A stretch of 64,000 nt of DNA from Chrysomallon squamiferum (taxonomy: Eukaryota > Animalia > Mollusca), in contig CM022666.1 in the NCBI GenBank assembly GCA_012295275.1, forward strand, positions 14,074,001 to 14,138,000, written 5' to 3'. The notes beneath the pieces were generated by a model that searched no databases, had not been told where the DNA came from, and was given only the letters and a program-made list of their open reading frames with translations. How positions within the stretch are numbered: the stretch's first letter is position 1; each line of letters opens with the position of its first letter. A program made the position numbers and the translations under genes. Positions 1 to 33,631 of the stretch are shown piece after piece.

Positions 1-483
1 CAAACATAACTGGCCGTGGCGCGACGCTGAAGCAAGCTGGCGAGCCGGACAGGGCGCCGTACCGGCTGTGGCCCAAAAACACGGATCATAAATTAACATG
101 AATTAGGGTTAATGAAAGGTAATTATTGTATATTGTATTACGAGGGACGTGTATCATCAAGCAAAAGAAAAAAAAAAAAAACGCTATCTCTTCCCCTCCC
201 CCATCCCCGATACAGGCTAGTTTTCAGTTTCTTAACTCCGTTATGTTCTAAATTGCTCATTTAAATGAAACGAAGGACAACATTAAACGCAATATGCATT
301 TATCGTGGGGCGAAACCTTTTTGTATAACAGCGTCGAGTTCGTGAACACAAAGATAGGACCGGAATCCCATATTCCGCAACGAGACAAATAAATCTTCAC
401 AGTCTGAGTCAGTGGATTAAAGACAATATCACTGTATAAATTATGCAGATACGTCTTAAAGGTGTTCAAATACAATAAAATAC

Positions 484-1090
484 ATAAAGTAATGTTCTGA
501 TAATGTGATGTCACGTGATGTTTATGATGTAATGTATAGCATGTAAAGTTATGTTCTGATGTTGAAAAGTTATAATTTGATATATCATCACGTAAAGTTA
601 TGGTTTGAGGTTATATCACGTAAAGTTATAATCTGATGTTAAATAACGTAAAATTATTTGATGTATCACGTAAAGTTATAATCTGATATTAAATAACGTA
701 AAATTATTTGATATATCACGTAAAGTTATAATCTGATGTTAAATAACGAAAAATTATTTGATATATCACGTAAAGTTATGGTTTGAGGTTATGTCACGTA
801 AAGTTATAATTTGATATTACATAACGTAAAATTATTTGATATATCACGTAAAGTTATGGTTTGAGCTTACATCACGTTAAATAAAAATTTATGTTATAGC
901 ACGTATGGTTAAGATTTGAGTTTAATTACGTAAAGTTATGGTTTGATGTTATTTATTATCTGATGTTATATCGTAATATTATTATTTGAGGTTACATGCA
1001 GGTAGAATAAAGTAATGATTTGATCTTATATCACGTAACATTATGATGTCATATCACGTAGAGATGTGGTGTGTCGTTATGTCATGTGAC
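484..1090. repeat. Degenerate minisatellite with ~22-25 bp subunits (TATCACGTAAAGTTATGGTTTGAGGT / AATAACGTAAAATTATTTGAT)
   Basis: The ACGTAAA core recurs about every 22-25 nt. Central copies (600-880) alternate in a higher-order pattern and the edges decay. Confidence 0.85.
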
Positions 1091-1373
1091 TCATGCACGT
1101 GCTGGAGATGTGCGCTAGGATAGGATAAAAACAAGTACTTTTTCTTCTTTTCTTTCTTTCTTCTTTTCTTTAATTATTTATTATTTTATTTGGTTTAGTT
1201 GAGTGAACTTATTCTTACACATATCTAATGAAGAAGTCTTGGAAATAGTACTTTATTTAACGATACCTTCAAGAATGTGTTAGGTTTACGATTTTAAGGC
1301 GCTTTATATTATATATATATATATTTATGTATGTATATATGTATGTATATGTATATATACTGAAATTCAGAGA

Positions 1374-1421
<48 letters not shown>

Positions 1422-2176
1422 TTAAAAAAAATAAAATAAATATATTATTATTACTATTATTACTATATTTTCTTAAAACGAATTTACAGTTTAAAAGTTA
1501 TATTTTCTTGATTTAATTTGAGAAAATGTGTTGATAATAGTTACAATGTCTGCTTCAGGCAGACCTTTCTATTCACTGTTCATTAAAATGCGATTGTTTC
1601 GACATATGGTGGGAGTTCTCGAAAATTCGAAGCCCGTAGAGTATAGTACTTTTGTTCCTAGACTATACCGACATTTTTATCCTTTTCGTTTCAAGCGAAT
1701 TAGTTAAAATGAAGATATTCCAATGAAGGACGCCCCTATGATACATACCCGATGATATCAGGCAGCGATTCATTGCGAGATAAATATGTATTTTAGTAAC
1801 ATGTCAAAAATTATTTGGGCTTTCATTTCTCAAAGATACAATCAAGTGACAAAGTTTTGTGGCGCTCAAAACACTGGCGCTGTCTACGTCTTGTTGTTCT
1901 GACAGTGTCTCGTGTCGTGACGTCATCAAGTGGTTGTCAAAAGGAAACACAATGACGTATTTTCTGATTGCTTTTAAAAGATTAGAGGTAATTTGTCGCA
2001 TGGACATAAAGATATCATATATAAAAGCGTACTCAGGATTGCTGGAGTCAGATAAGCTATAAACCAGTCAAAGTAGTCATTTTTTTGTCCCTTTTAAGGA
2101 ATATTTAAATTGATGGGGTCTAAATTCATAAATTAAGACATCATAGTTTACAGACACACACACACACACACACACA

Positions 2177-2265
<89 letters not shown>

Positions 2266-2877
2266 CGCAGTTTTCGTTACTATATCAAACTAACAATCAG
2301 TAACCTATCAACGAATATTTTAATACATACTTACATACATACATACATACAAACACATATACATATACATATACATATATATATATTATGCAGCTTCTTA
2401 TTCTTATTGTTAATACTAGTACTACTACCACTACCACTACTGTAGTTCTTCTCATTTTCATATTATCTTTCTAAGATAATATGGAAATGTAAACAATTAC
2501 CGTAAATAAAGACAATATGAAAGACGAAGCAGACATGCAAATTGTTTGGCAATGCACGAGACGCAGTTATGACAGTCGTACAAAAACGCAGATTTATGAT
2601 TTTATTTTATTATTTTCGTACCCAGCTTCTTGTCGCCAGCTACATATTTCTTGGTCGTCATTTCAAGTATGCCTGTCTCCAAAGGGTCTTTCCAACAATG
2701 GGTCGCTCATTTTCATTATAAATGGAAGAGTCAATTAGTGTAAATGATAATTTCCGTCTGCCAGACGTATTGCTCCTCCCTCTTCACGCGCTAACAGACC
2801 ACGTGGTCTGTTCTCCGGCACTGTTCCTTGATTGACAGTTATGAGGGAAAGAAGGAATATTCGTGGTTTTTTGTGTG

Positions 2878-2934
<57 letters not shown>

Positions 2935-3113
2935 AATACTGAATATTTTAAAATTTTAATTTAATTTAATTTTGTTTTTGTTTTAACTTTGTTTCATTTG
3001 CTTTAAAAAAAAAATATATATACTTATCCTACAGTAAGAACGAAACCAACTACTACAATTACTACTGCTTCTACTACTATCACGATACTAGTAATTGCAT
3101 AGGTAGCTATAAT

Positions 3114-3160
<47 letters not shown>

Positions 3161-3185
3161 GTGTGTGTGTGTGTATATATATATA

Positions 3186-3232
<47 letters not shown>

Positions 3233-3249
3233 ATGTATGTGTGTGTGTA

Positions 3250-3311
<62 letters not shown>

Positions 3312-3510
3312 ATTAGGATAACACAGACAGCTACAAAGACTGACAAAAGTTAATTAATGCACAATCACGTCTGCTACCTAGACGTGTTAAATGTTATGGA
3401 CTCGAAACGTTTAATTATTAATGTTCTGTTGTGAGGCACGTTTTGGGCACACACACACACACCTCCACACACAAAATGACAACAGATTTTGTTTGCTGTT
3501 CCCTAAATCA

Positions 3511-3541
<31 letters not shown>

Positions 3542-3879
3542 GCTACATTTACGACTACCACTGCTACTACGACTCTTCCTCCTCCTCCTCCTAATAATAA
3601 TAACAACAGCAATAATAACAACAACAACAACAGCAACAACGACAACAACAGCAGCGGTAGATTTGTATCTGTTTTCTGTCGACAAGGAAAACCTCGCACA
3701 CAACAGCGTGAGGTGATGGCGGCAGCAATTTACCCATGATTTATCGTCATATCCGGTTGCACGAAATGCGCAAATGACTTGTCGTCTGCCCTATCAGATT
3801 GCAATCAGACGACATTCACGTGTTTGGCGGCTTCGCTCATCTTCTGTAATTTGTCCTCTCTCTCGTTTCTTGACGGGTT

Positions 3880-3896
3880 TGCCGCTAGAGGGCGTT
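3880..3896 (+). promoter_or_regulatory. CTCF-like motif
   Basis: TGCCGCTAGAGGGCGTT matches the CTCF core CCASYAGRKGGC except at one position and sits in a locally GC/CpG-rich patch. Motif match only. Confidence 0.35.
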
Positions 3897-4470
3897 ATTT
3901 AGCACGTCAGTGACGCCACGCGTCTGCCGCGAGAGAAAAGGGGAAAAAAAAAGTGTGTGATTTGTGTTTGTGTGCGTCGATATGTCTGAAAGTGAAGTTT
4001 TCATAGATTTACTGTGGCGAAAATGATATCCATGATATTAGAGAATAACATGAATGTGTTTGTGTGTGCGTGTGTTTGCCTGTGTATATGTGTATCGATG
4101 TGTATGTGTATGTCTGTGTGAGTAGGTGTGTCAGTTTGTATGCCTGTATATATGTGTATCGATGTGTATATGTATGTCTATGTATTGTGTATGTGTGTAT
4201 CTGTGTATTTAGTATGTATGTGTGAGTACGTGTGTCAGTTTGTATGCATATATTTATGTATTTGTATATATGCACGTATAATATATTTTATATGTATGTA
4301 TATGAATGTATGTATATATGAATGTATGTAGGTAGGTAGGTATATATAGAAACATACATACATACATATATATATATATGCATGTATGTATATATGTAGT
4401 TGTATGTATGAATATGTGTCTTTATGTATGTATGTATGTATGTATGAATGAATGAATGAATGTATGTATG

Positions 4471-4505
<35 letters not shown>

Positions 4506-5834
4506 CTTGTATGTGTGTGGATAACGATATCTGTGTTCGGGATCGAAGTAATGAGACAGAAATAAATACAGATAACTTGATAGAATATAAGTGTGTGTGC
4601 GTGCGTGCGTGTGTCTGTGCGATAAAAATAAATCTCTCTCTATGCATCCCACATAATAGAATGTAAAGAAAAAAAGAAAAAAAAATGGTAATGAAAAAAA
4701 AAAAAATGGTAATGAAGAAAAAAAAAAGAATATAAGAGAAGAAAAAAAAAAAGAATGTAAGAGATAGATAGAGAGAGAGAAAAAAACAACAAAACAACTG
4801 CGTGATTAAACACTAGTGCAGACGGTTTATCATTACACACACCCTTTGATATAAGTTGTTATCTATCTTTAACACGCCGAGCGTCAATGTGATTACAAAT
4901 TTCCAAATATTTGCTATTATTACGGCACCGTGATTGCCGACTTGTTTCTCTCTGTCTACCGGCGAAGAGGCTTTTAAACGGAACCGGCGCGCCTCTGCGT
5001 AAATGAAAGAGAAAAAGCCGAGGCGGTGGAGTCTGCGACTTGGCACCGGAGCGATCCCATGGGTCATTTCGTGCAAGATGGACCGGTCCCAGTGCGCAAA
5101 ACGCCGAATCAGCGTGAAGCGGAGCGTTGAGTCGGCGTTCGACTACGTCGCTTCTTGATTAGCGAATAACCGTTTAAAGAAATGTGTAAACAAATTTCAC
5201 CAGTAAATAATAAGCGAGTGAGTGAATTAATAATAACTTAGTTTGAAAGAAGCGACAAACAGAACAAATGAGTAAGGAAGAGGAAAAGAGAAAAAGAATT
5301 AAAAAAAAAAAAAAAAAAAAAGAAAGAAAGAAAAAGAATGAAGAGGAATAAAAATGAAAGAAAAAGGACGGAGAATAAAATTAACAGAAGAATGCTCGAA
5401 AGAATTTTAATTTAATTAAAAAAAAAGAGATCGTAACGTGGTTCGTTTAACGTACGCGACCGTTGTAATGTTAACTGATTCTGATCTTAACTAAGTGTTG
5501 CACTTGTGTAATTAGTACGGGCGTTGTACACATTAGGGTTAGGCCTGACAAAAGACCCCAATTTCCCGTTTCAGTAACAACTAATGTGTCGCAAGTGAAT
5601 CTGATTTCCTGCAAATGAGTTCTTGTAAAAGATGGCTTGACCTTAGAGCAATAGCAGCGAATGTTCGGTCTTAAATAAAGAAAAGATTTTTTTAAAATTT
5701 ATTTTATTTTTTCAAATTTATTTTTACTGTTGTGTCTTTTTTAAATTTAAGTTTAATTAATTAACAGTGCTAATAATATCTGTTATTGTAATGTATGTGT
5801 GCAGTAGAGAGATGGAGAGTTTGAGCGAGCGAAT

Positions 5835-6031
<197 letters not shown>

Positions 6032-6183
6032 AAGTCAACAAATTACGTACGATGCTCAGAGGATGCGAGTTCATGAAAAAATCTTTAAGTGTTCAAGAGT
6101 TAAGTCCCTTATATATGTATTTCAGATGACAAGCAATTGAGATACTGTACGAATGTTTTTAGTTTTCGGTTATGTGTGTGTTG

Positions 6184-6224
<41 letters not shown>

Positions 6225-6853
6225 CGAGCGCGCGTGTATGTGTACGTATGTGTGTATATACTTGCCAAAAAATAAAATTAATATCTTTTAATTATTAAAT
6301 TTATTATAAAAACAAAATACAAATTCCACATAATTATTATTAATTTAAATGTATCTACGGCAGGGTATCTATGACAACGCATAGGAGACATTTCGCGAGC
6401 AGATCGATCCTTTCTGTTACCGCTGACGTCATCAATGTTAAAAAATGGCGGCGCCCAAATATTGTTAAAGTGTTCTTTCGTTGCTGTAGTTCGTTATTAA
6501 TTAAGGAGATTGCAAATATATTTTCAAACACGCACATACACACACACACACACACACACGCACGCACATGTAAATTAACGCAGAAACAAAAGACATTACT
6601 TCGACCATTCATAAAATATTCTCCGAAACAGTTATACAGATTCTGTTCATACTCAGTTCTCGAAATTGCAGACGCAACTACCAGAAACATTTTCATGTTT
6701 ATAGTAAAAAAAAAAAAAAACATTTCATTTTGTAAGTTTAACCCACGTATTGCATACACTCCTGTTCTTACTTTTAGATTAGCTAAAATTCTATCTTTTC
6801 TTTCCTTATTTTTTTTTAAAATTTTTTATCTGAACATTTATTATTTTTACCAG

Positions 6854-14999
<8,146 letters not shown>

Positions 15000-15366
15000 G
15001 TTCAACGTTCAGATAAAAATACTTACGTTTGTCCTGAAAATATGCGAGGAATGTTTTAAGTCAAACTGACCATCAAAACGTCACAGATCTATTAACGACG
15101 GACAAGTAATAATTAACAGTTAATTAATCATGTAGGTGTGATATTATTGACGTATGTGAAAAGAAGCCTTCAGCTATAATAGTTTGATGTATTTATGCGG
15201 ACAGGGCGTGTTTATTAATAAACATAAGTGTAGAAAATAATTAGGTTCTGAACTGTCTCGTTTCATTGTAATTCAGAGCTTTTCTTTTCTTTTTTTACAT
15301 TTTGAAATTGTGATGTGCTTAAAGTGTACGGCTACTGTTCTTACTGTTACTGCTGCTACTGTTTTA

Positions 15367-15397
<31 letters not shown>

Positions 15398-15736
15398 GCT
15401 ACTACTACTACTACTACTACTATTACTACTACTGCTGAAAGAGAAAACAAAATTATAACCTTATACATAATAAGTCACTCTTTCTTTTATTATTACTATT
15501 ATTACTACTACAATATCATTTCTACTACTACTACTACTACTATTACCACTGCTGCTACTTCTGCTTCCACTACTACTATTAGTGTTAATGTTACTATTCC
15601 TATTACTAAAGCTGCTATTACTACTACTGTTACCACTGCTAACACACAGCGCCCACTTCTGTGTTATATCTTGTACAGCTTTTCTTCGGCTAGAAGAGAA
15701 AATGTTTTCAAATTTTGTGTACATTTCATTCCTGCC

Positions 15737-15819
<83 letters not shown>

Positions 15820-17021
15820 ACATTCCGCCTCTGTCATATCTCTGTCGCTCTTTCTCTCTGATTCTGAAACTGTCTATCTCTCATTTTCTCTCTTTGTCTC
15901 TCTGTCTCTCAACCATTTTCTTTTCTGACCCTTTCCTCAAAGGCACTTGAGTAAAGTAACACCTCTCCTTCCATCCTGTCCTCAGCCGAAGCCCAGAAAT
16001 ACTCAGACATATTGAGAAAACAAGGGAAGTAATTAATCGTGTTTCTTTAGTGTGAATAGCCAGATTATTATTTTAAAATACGACAACAACTCACTTCATT
16101 ATGTAGAAATGAAGAGGTCTTAATATTACCTCATATTACATAATGCATAGCACTACTTTATCATACATACCTGTATTCAGATCATTTGCATACGTAGTTA
16201 TACAGCTCTGACCTACAGATACGAGTATTAATTCGGGTGTTTCCGTCACGGTTTTAGCGTGCCTGTCGGAGGTTTTCGCCTGTTGTTATTTCTTAAATCA
16301 TTATTTATCCGCAAGACCGGATTAACTCCATTAATTGGATGAAAGAGTGACGTAATATTAAATCAGTCATGCTTAAAATGCCGAGGGATGAAATCACTGA
16401 GGCGGAAAGATGATTCGTGTTTATTTGCACGGTTAGGTGAATCAGAGCTGTTTGTGATATACAGAACATCTGAATAATAGTATTTAGGTTTGACCTATTG
16501 TATACATAATTACAAAATGATTGTGAATATACATGTGTGTATATATGTATGAGTATATATGTATATGGTATATTACAGAAAACATATATATAAAATATAT
16601 TTAGACATACACCCTACTGTTACACAAAGCACATTTCCATGTCTTTACAAGAGACTGTATGTTTTGTGTATAATTATATGCGTGTTTTAGTGCGTGCACA
16701 CTTGTGCGAAAGTATGTTTGTGAACATACTATTACATGCATATTTGTCCTTCTTTTGGTTATAAATATGCATCTCTATGTAATTAAATTAGAATGAAGTA
16801 TATCATTTCTACATGAAATTAAAAGTCCTGTTTATCAACGACTACGCATTCAATTAAATTTAAAACGTGTTGTGTGACGTTAGAGATTACGGCATATAAT
16901 AATAAACAGTTGTCAAAGTTAGCGATAGCTGGCTGTTTACAAAAACTTCTGTTCCTCCTTTTCGGGTGAGCGGGTTTTTACGACGCAAGCCGAAACGAGA
17001 AAGTTCAGTGTAGATTTCAAG
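15000..17021. promoter_or_regulatory. Putative shared divergent promoter region of the two laccase paralogs
   Basis: Lies between the opposed start codons at 14999 (-) and 17022 (+). Transcription starts cannot be determined from sequence. Confidence 0.5.
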
Positions 17022-27707
<10,686 letters not shown>

Positions 27708-28958
27708 ATACTCGAACAATAGAGAAGAAAGAGTCTTACATATATACACCATATATATTCAAGAAAAGTTTATTCGATGAGCGAAATACTTGTACATAAG
27801 TGGGAAAAGCAAGGTCAGATTGGTTTTTTTTTTTTTTTTTTTTTTTGAAGAAGAAAGACAGGATATCATGAAATTGCAATGAGTTCACTGAAAAAACAAC
27901 AAAAAACCCCAACAAACTACAGACCTACATGTTGGAAACGTTTTAAATATATCTGTCACCGCCTATGTAATAATAATAATAATAATAATAATGACCATGA
28001 AGATGATAAACGATAATACTAATAACTAATAAAATAAAAATCATTTTCATCATCATATAAAAATATTATATAAAATACAAATATCACTTATAAGTTCAAG
28101 CAAATGATTAATCTTTTAATATTAAATTTTGTATCCTTATTTTATGAAAACTGCTACACTAGAAAAGAAGCTCGATGTGGCAGTCCTCTACTTGCTATTT
28201 TTTTTAAATAATCTTATGAATGTCAACAATGAAAACGAAACTTGCTAATGGGACAAATATAGCCTAAAATATTTAGACAAGTCAATCATACTGCTGTGTA
28301 TCTGATCATTTGCAATGTATATATATATATATATATAGAGAGAGTATTTTTTATCTTATTTTATTATTTTATTTTATTTTAATCGAAATGTATATAGCAG
28401 TGGCTTTTTTAAAATAACATTTTAGACTTTATTACTGTTAAAACGTGTACCATTTTCAGTATCGGTGTTTCATAAACATTTGTTTTTAGTCGTGTTTAGT
28501 TTTCTCTGTTTACTTATGTACAGTGTCTACTCTTGTACACCAAAGACACCCCACACAGAAAATAAAAATGAAAAAAAAAAAAAAAAAAACAATTACAACT
28601 GTAGATTTCTTACAAAACAAATCATTTGTTACTTTTTTTCTTTCTTTTTAACTTAAGTGATCTTTATATATATATATTTAAAGTCACATAAAAGGACATA
28701 TTAAGAAAGGAATGAGTTTTCAAAGCAATAAAATTTGTATTCTGTGGTTAGAATGGATATTACCACTTTTATATATTATAACAGAAACCCCCCCAAAAAA
28801 AATAAAAAAATAAAATAAAAAAAAAATTTAAAAAAAATAATAAAAGCACAAAGACCACAATTGTATTTATATTTTCAGCATTTTCCTAATGCATTGTTAA
28901 TCTCCTAATTATATGCTAATTCAAAGTATTTGGATTAGCAATTATATATCAAAGAGGA

Positions 28959-28991
<33 letters not shown>

Positions 28992-29483
28992 TAATAATAA
29001 TAATGAAAAAAAAGTATGACAAATATTTAAAAAAATATATATAAATAAAGAAATAAAAAGGTAAGAGAACAGAATAAAGCATTTTATCTTTTATTACAAT
29101 GATGAATCACAACACTGTTTTATGACCTGAATTTATTTTGAAAAAAAGAAAGAAAACGTATCCTTGTACAAATCATAAAAAAAAAAAAAAAATTAAGTCT
29201 GTACAAGTGGTTTTATTTTTCTCTATATACATTACACATAACCTCTAATTATGAACATTTCATTAAATAGTTAATACATTTTTAATACTAGTGATCCAAA
29301 AACTTAAGATCTTTATATTATGCATACACAGTTCATTGATGAAAGATTTTGTGCATAATGGTACAAAATGTGTATGTTGTTCAAGATGGGGTAATTTTTA
29401 AACAATGATAATTAATGAAATGTCAAAGCTGCCTAATAAATGGTGAAATGTAATGGAATAAAACAGAACATATGCTGTTATTA

Positions 29484-29532
<49 letters not shown>

Positions 29533-29793
29533 ATACAAATATCAGTATTCCAAGAATCAATTTTTGTCACTTGAATAGAAAAGTAGTACAAGCCAATTTT
29601 TATTATTTTTAATTTGGGTTCAACTGAAATTCAAGTGTTTATTACTGTTATTATTATTTTCAGCATATTCCACTTCATCAGAAATGTAGATACTGCTTTC
29701 CAAACAAACAAACAAAAAAAAAAAAAAAGAGAAAAAATAGAAATACTCCCACAAAAACACTACACAAATTAACATCAACATTAAGTCTTAAGA

Positions 29794-32700
29794 TCATTTC
29801 TTTCTGAAAAATGAGGTAAGTGATGCTTGAGTTTTTCCTGGTGATGGTGACTTCTTCTGGGGGGATGTTTTACCTTTTCCCTGCAAATCAAAGTTTGATA
29901 TATTTAACATATTCATCAAGTCATGATAGGCAAACTTATTAATGGTTTCCACTTTATTACTGAAGTTTCAATTACCACATAATTTACGAAATATTCTGGC
30001 ATTTTTAAGTACCAATTAATTTACTGATGCTAAATGGTATGTAAAATAAAAAAATAAAAAAATAATAAAAATAAATAAATAAATAAAAATAAATAAATAA
30101 AAATAAATAAATAAATAAATAAATAAAAATTATTTCTTTATTTGAAAGTTTATATTACCAAACATCATAGATATGTATCTTATTTAAACTGACTTCATTA
30201 CCACAAATCTGCAAAAGCACTGTGTTTGTGACAAGTAAGTGATTGTAATTACAAAACCATAACTTGTACTTCCAATCTTCTACTATCAGTGCTACTACTT
30301 AAACTACTAGATTACTATCCACCCTACTAGTACTATCCACACTATTATTACTACTACCACTTCCTACCAATACTATTACCCACTACTTCTACTACATAGT
30401 ACAGCTACTACAATACTATTCCTCCTACTTCTAATATTACTACTACTACTAATACTATCAACTACTATTAACTACTACTACTACTAGTACTACTGGTACT
30501 GTTATACTACTATTAATATTACTATTTCTGAATGTGGAGAAAAGCCATTTAAATCAGTGATGTAAGCAGACAAGAAAATCAAAGTTCTGCACAAAGACAT
30601 GGTCTGAATGTGTTCATCTGTTACTACTCTCTTCATCTACTTGTTAACTTTAATGATCTACTGAATGATAAATTAATTTTTGTAAAATTGCAACAAGAAA
30701 ACACAGTCTCCTGAACCTTTCCCCACCACTCTTTAATCAAAGATAAAGAAATAATGAAACAAAAATCGAACCTTTTTCTTAGGCTGTTCCGTTTCTGTCC
30801 TGGCAATCTCTTTCTTCTGTGTTTCTTTTGCGAGTAATTCCTCCACTTCTGACACATCAGTTGAATCACTTTCCCAAACCTTCTCTGTCACTTCAAACAG
30901 AGAAAAACATCTTCAAATTTTGTAATATTTTACCAGCATTAAGTCAAAAACCCTGCATGCATATTATCCTCCTTCTATGATGTACGGTGAGAAGAAAATT
31001 AGAGCAATTAATAAAAATGTTATTTTATTTTTGAAAATAAATTTGTTGAAAATAACATGATATAAATGATCATTTTAATAGATGCCTTTCTGACTTTTAG
31101 AAAATTGTACTGACAGTGAAACTATGTTGATGTTTACAAAAAAACCCAGAGACTATGCTCTGACATAGTTTGACATTATAATATTATTATACAGCATATA
31201 GGTGGGGCAAAACTAAGCTTACAAAGAAACATGGAATCTGCTTTTTTCATTTCTTTCTCAATATTACATTGATGATAAATATTGCAATTATACCAAAGAT
31301 TTTTAATTTCAATATTTTATGAAAATATGTTCCTCAGATTCTTCAGTGTATTGAAACAGTATACAAATAAATAAATACTTTTATAAAATATTCTCCCTCT
31401 CTCAAAAATAAAATACTAATACTACTACATCTGCTACTACTACTAATAATAAAGCAGTAAGTAAAAAGAAATTTTTTAAAATTATTTATTTTTTTATTTT
31501 TAAATTCATACAAAAACAACAACAAAGTATTCCACCATAAATAATGATCCATGAACATTTATATAAAAATATGAAAACAACTGAGAAAGAAAGAAAGAAA
31601 TAAAATAAAATAAGAAGGCACTCACCCATGAATCCAGCCTCGTCCTGGTAAGTTTTAGGTACAAGTCTTCTCACTCTTCTCCTCTTTCTCTCACCTGTAA
31701 CTTCCTTCTCTTCATTTTCTTTGTCCTTCAGTCGATCATGCACAGGCTCGGGTATGGGTGATTCCGGTTCAATAATTTCTGGTTCAGGAGTAGATTCCGG
31801 GACAGGGCTTGGAACTGGACTTTCCTCCAAACATTCCATTTCTGTAGAAAATAGTGAAGAAAGAATATTTTTATTTAACACTTTGGGTTGGTAGGAAATT
31901 TTGACCAGTTCTTCCACACAGAAAGATGCCAGGTTCTGGGAGGAATCTAATGACGAAGATGTCTCAAAGATGAAAGAAACAAGGGTGAATCAAAATAGCA
32001 GATATGTAATTGAATAAATCTGTGTATACATTTTTAAATACAGCATATACAGCCATTGAATTTCACTTTATTCCAGTAGTATAAAAATTTGGACAAAAGC
32101 GGAGCCTTAATTTAACAGAACCAAAAAGAACAAAAGATAACTGAAATTTGAAACTGCAAATTAACAGATTAACAGAGATGAAATGGTGTCCACTGATGTT
32201 GAAGTCAGTTAAATCAGAAATAGTTTAAAATAATAATAGTGTAATATTGTAACAGTACATTTGTTAAAGAAAATATTTAATTAAAAGAGTTGATAAATGT
32301 AATCATACGAACACAAATTATGTGTCAGCTGATGTATTTGAAAATAACGCGTTGTTCCTGGAAGAGATTAAAATATTTCAAAAATTACACTTTGTGATAT
32401 TTTGAGAAATGCAAAAAGTATTGAAAGTATTGTCCGTTCCATGGAAATTCAAGAGAGTTTGCTAGGGATTCATAATCCAAAGTCTATTAAAGTGAGGGTT
32501 AACAATATATTGTAAAAATTTTATAGTCAACTGTCCCTGAACTTAAAATTTAAGATCAAATTTTTAATTCTCCCTGGCAATTTAATTACCATAAAGTATC
32601 TTCTTTTTCATAATTCAGTTGAAAACATTTTTTGCTAAATCCAATGAGCATTAATTTATCAGAAGAATTTGTTTTTTCTTTAGGGGAGGGGACGGGTGGG

Positions 32701-33591
32701 GTTTCTTACCTTCCTCACTGCTGCTGTCAAACAAATCATCTTTAATTCTTCTTCTTCTTTTCTTGTCAGGTTTAAATTCATCATCTGCAGAATTAAACAC
32801 AATAAATTTAAAATAAGGTATAAAATAATTAGAGAAAGAAACATCACTGCATCTTATTAACAAAAACACAGTCTATGTGCAGACTCAGTCTTATTAAACA
32901 TTTTCTCTCAATAAATGTAGAAAGAAGATATTATCCCTATTGTGAATGTCACTGTAATAATACAAACATGCAAATTACTTCCTCTTAACATCTTCCTTAA
33001 AATAATAATAATAATAATAATAAAAAATAAACAAAGATAATCTATTTGTGTAAAGTTATTGACATTTTCTGTAAAACTTTAAACGTCATACAATCTGAGA
33101 ATTATTTATCATAAATACTTGGGACCAGCGTAGCAGATGTTTTAAGTTTTGTTTTTTTAGATTTTAGACTATCAGGAGACAGCCTAAGAATAGGATCTAA
33201 ATCTAAATACAAATTCCATTTATATTTCATGTACAAATAGTCTGCAAGATTTTTTTTATATAATTTTGTGCTATAATAAATTTTGTGAGTGCTCAGTTTT
33301 CAGTTTTCATTAATTTAGTATTTCAGATAGGGAATCCTGAACCTACTATTTCTAAAAATAAATTAATAAATAAATAAATAAATAAAATTTAAAATAATAA
33401 TAAAAATGTTCAACTGTCCTGCTTCTCTGTTTAACTTTGATTTTAAAACATAAATCACTTGACAGCTCAATGAAACAAACCTGAAAAAGGATCGGCTTTC
33501 TTTTTAACTTTTCCTGTTTTATCAGTTTTTGTCTTTCCTGTTTCTACCTTTCGTTTTTCAGACTTCTGAATCTGTCATTATACAGATATAA

Positions 33592-33631
<40 letters not shown>

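Noticed and set aside
484-1090. Regularly spaced repeats suggestive of a CRISPR array (also 59565-59735)
   Set aside because: Units are contiguous and degenerate with no unique spacers, there are no cas genes, and the context is eukaryotic.
5097-5112. 16-mer CAAAACGCCGAATCAG also present at 39707-39722
   Set aside because: About one chance 16-mer match is expected in a 64-kb self-comparison, and the flanks do not align.
15021-15040. Possible 7-nt microexon on the minus strand (TTTTCAG|GACAAAC|GTAAGT) just upstream of the laccase A ATG
   Set aside because: The donor is only ~22 nt from the ATG and I cannot place it in a coherent transcript without RNA data.
16690-16701. Metal-response-element cores (TGCRCNC) between the laccases
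   Set aside because: A degenerate 7-mer, common by chance in TG/CA-rich sequence.
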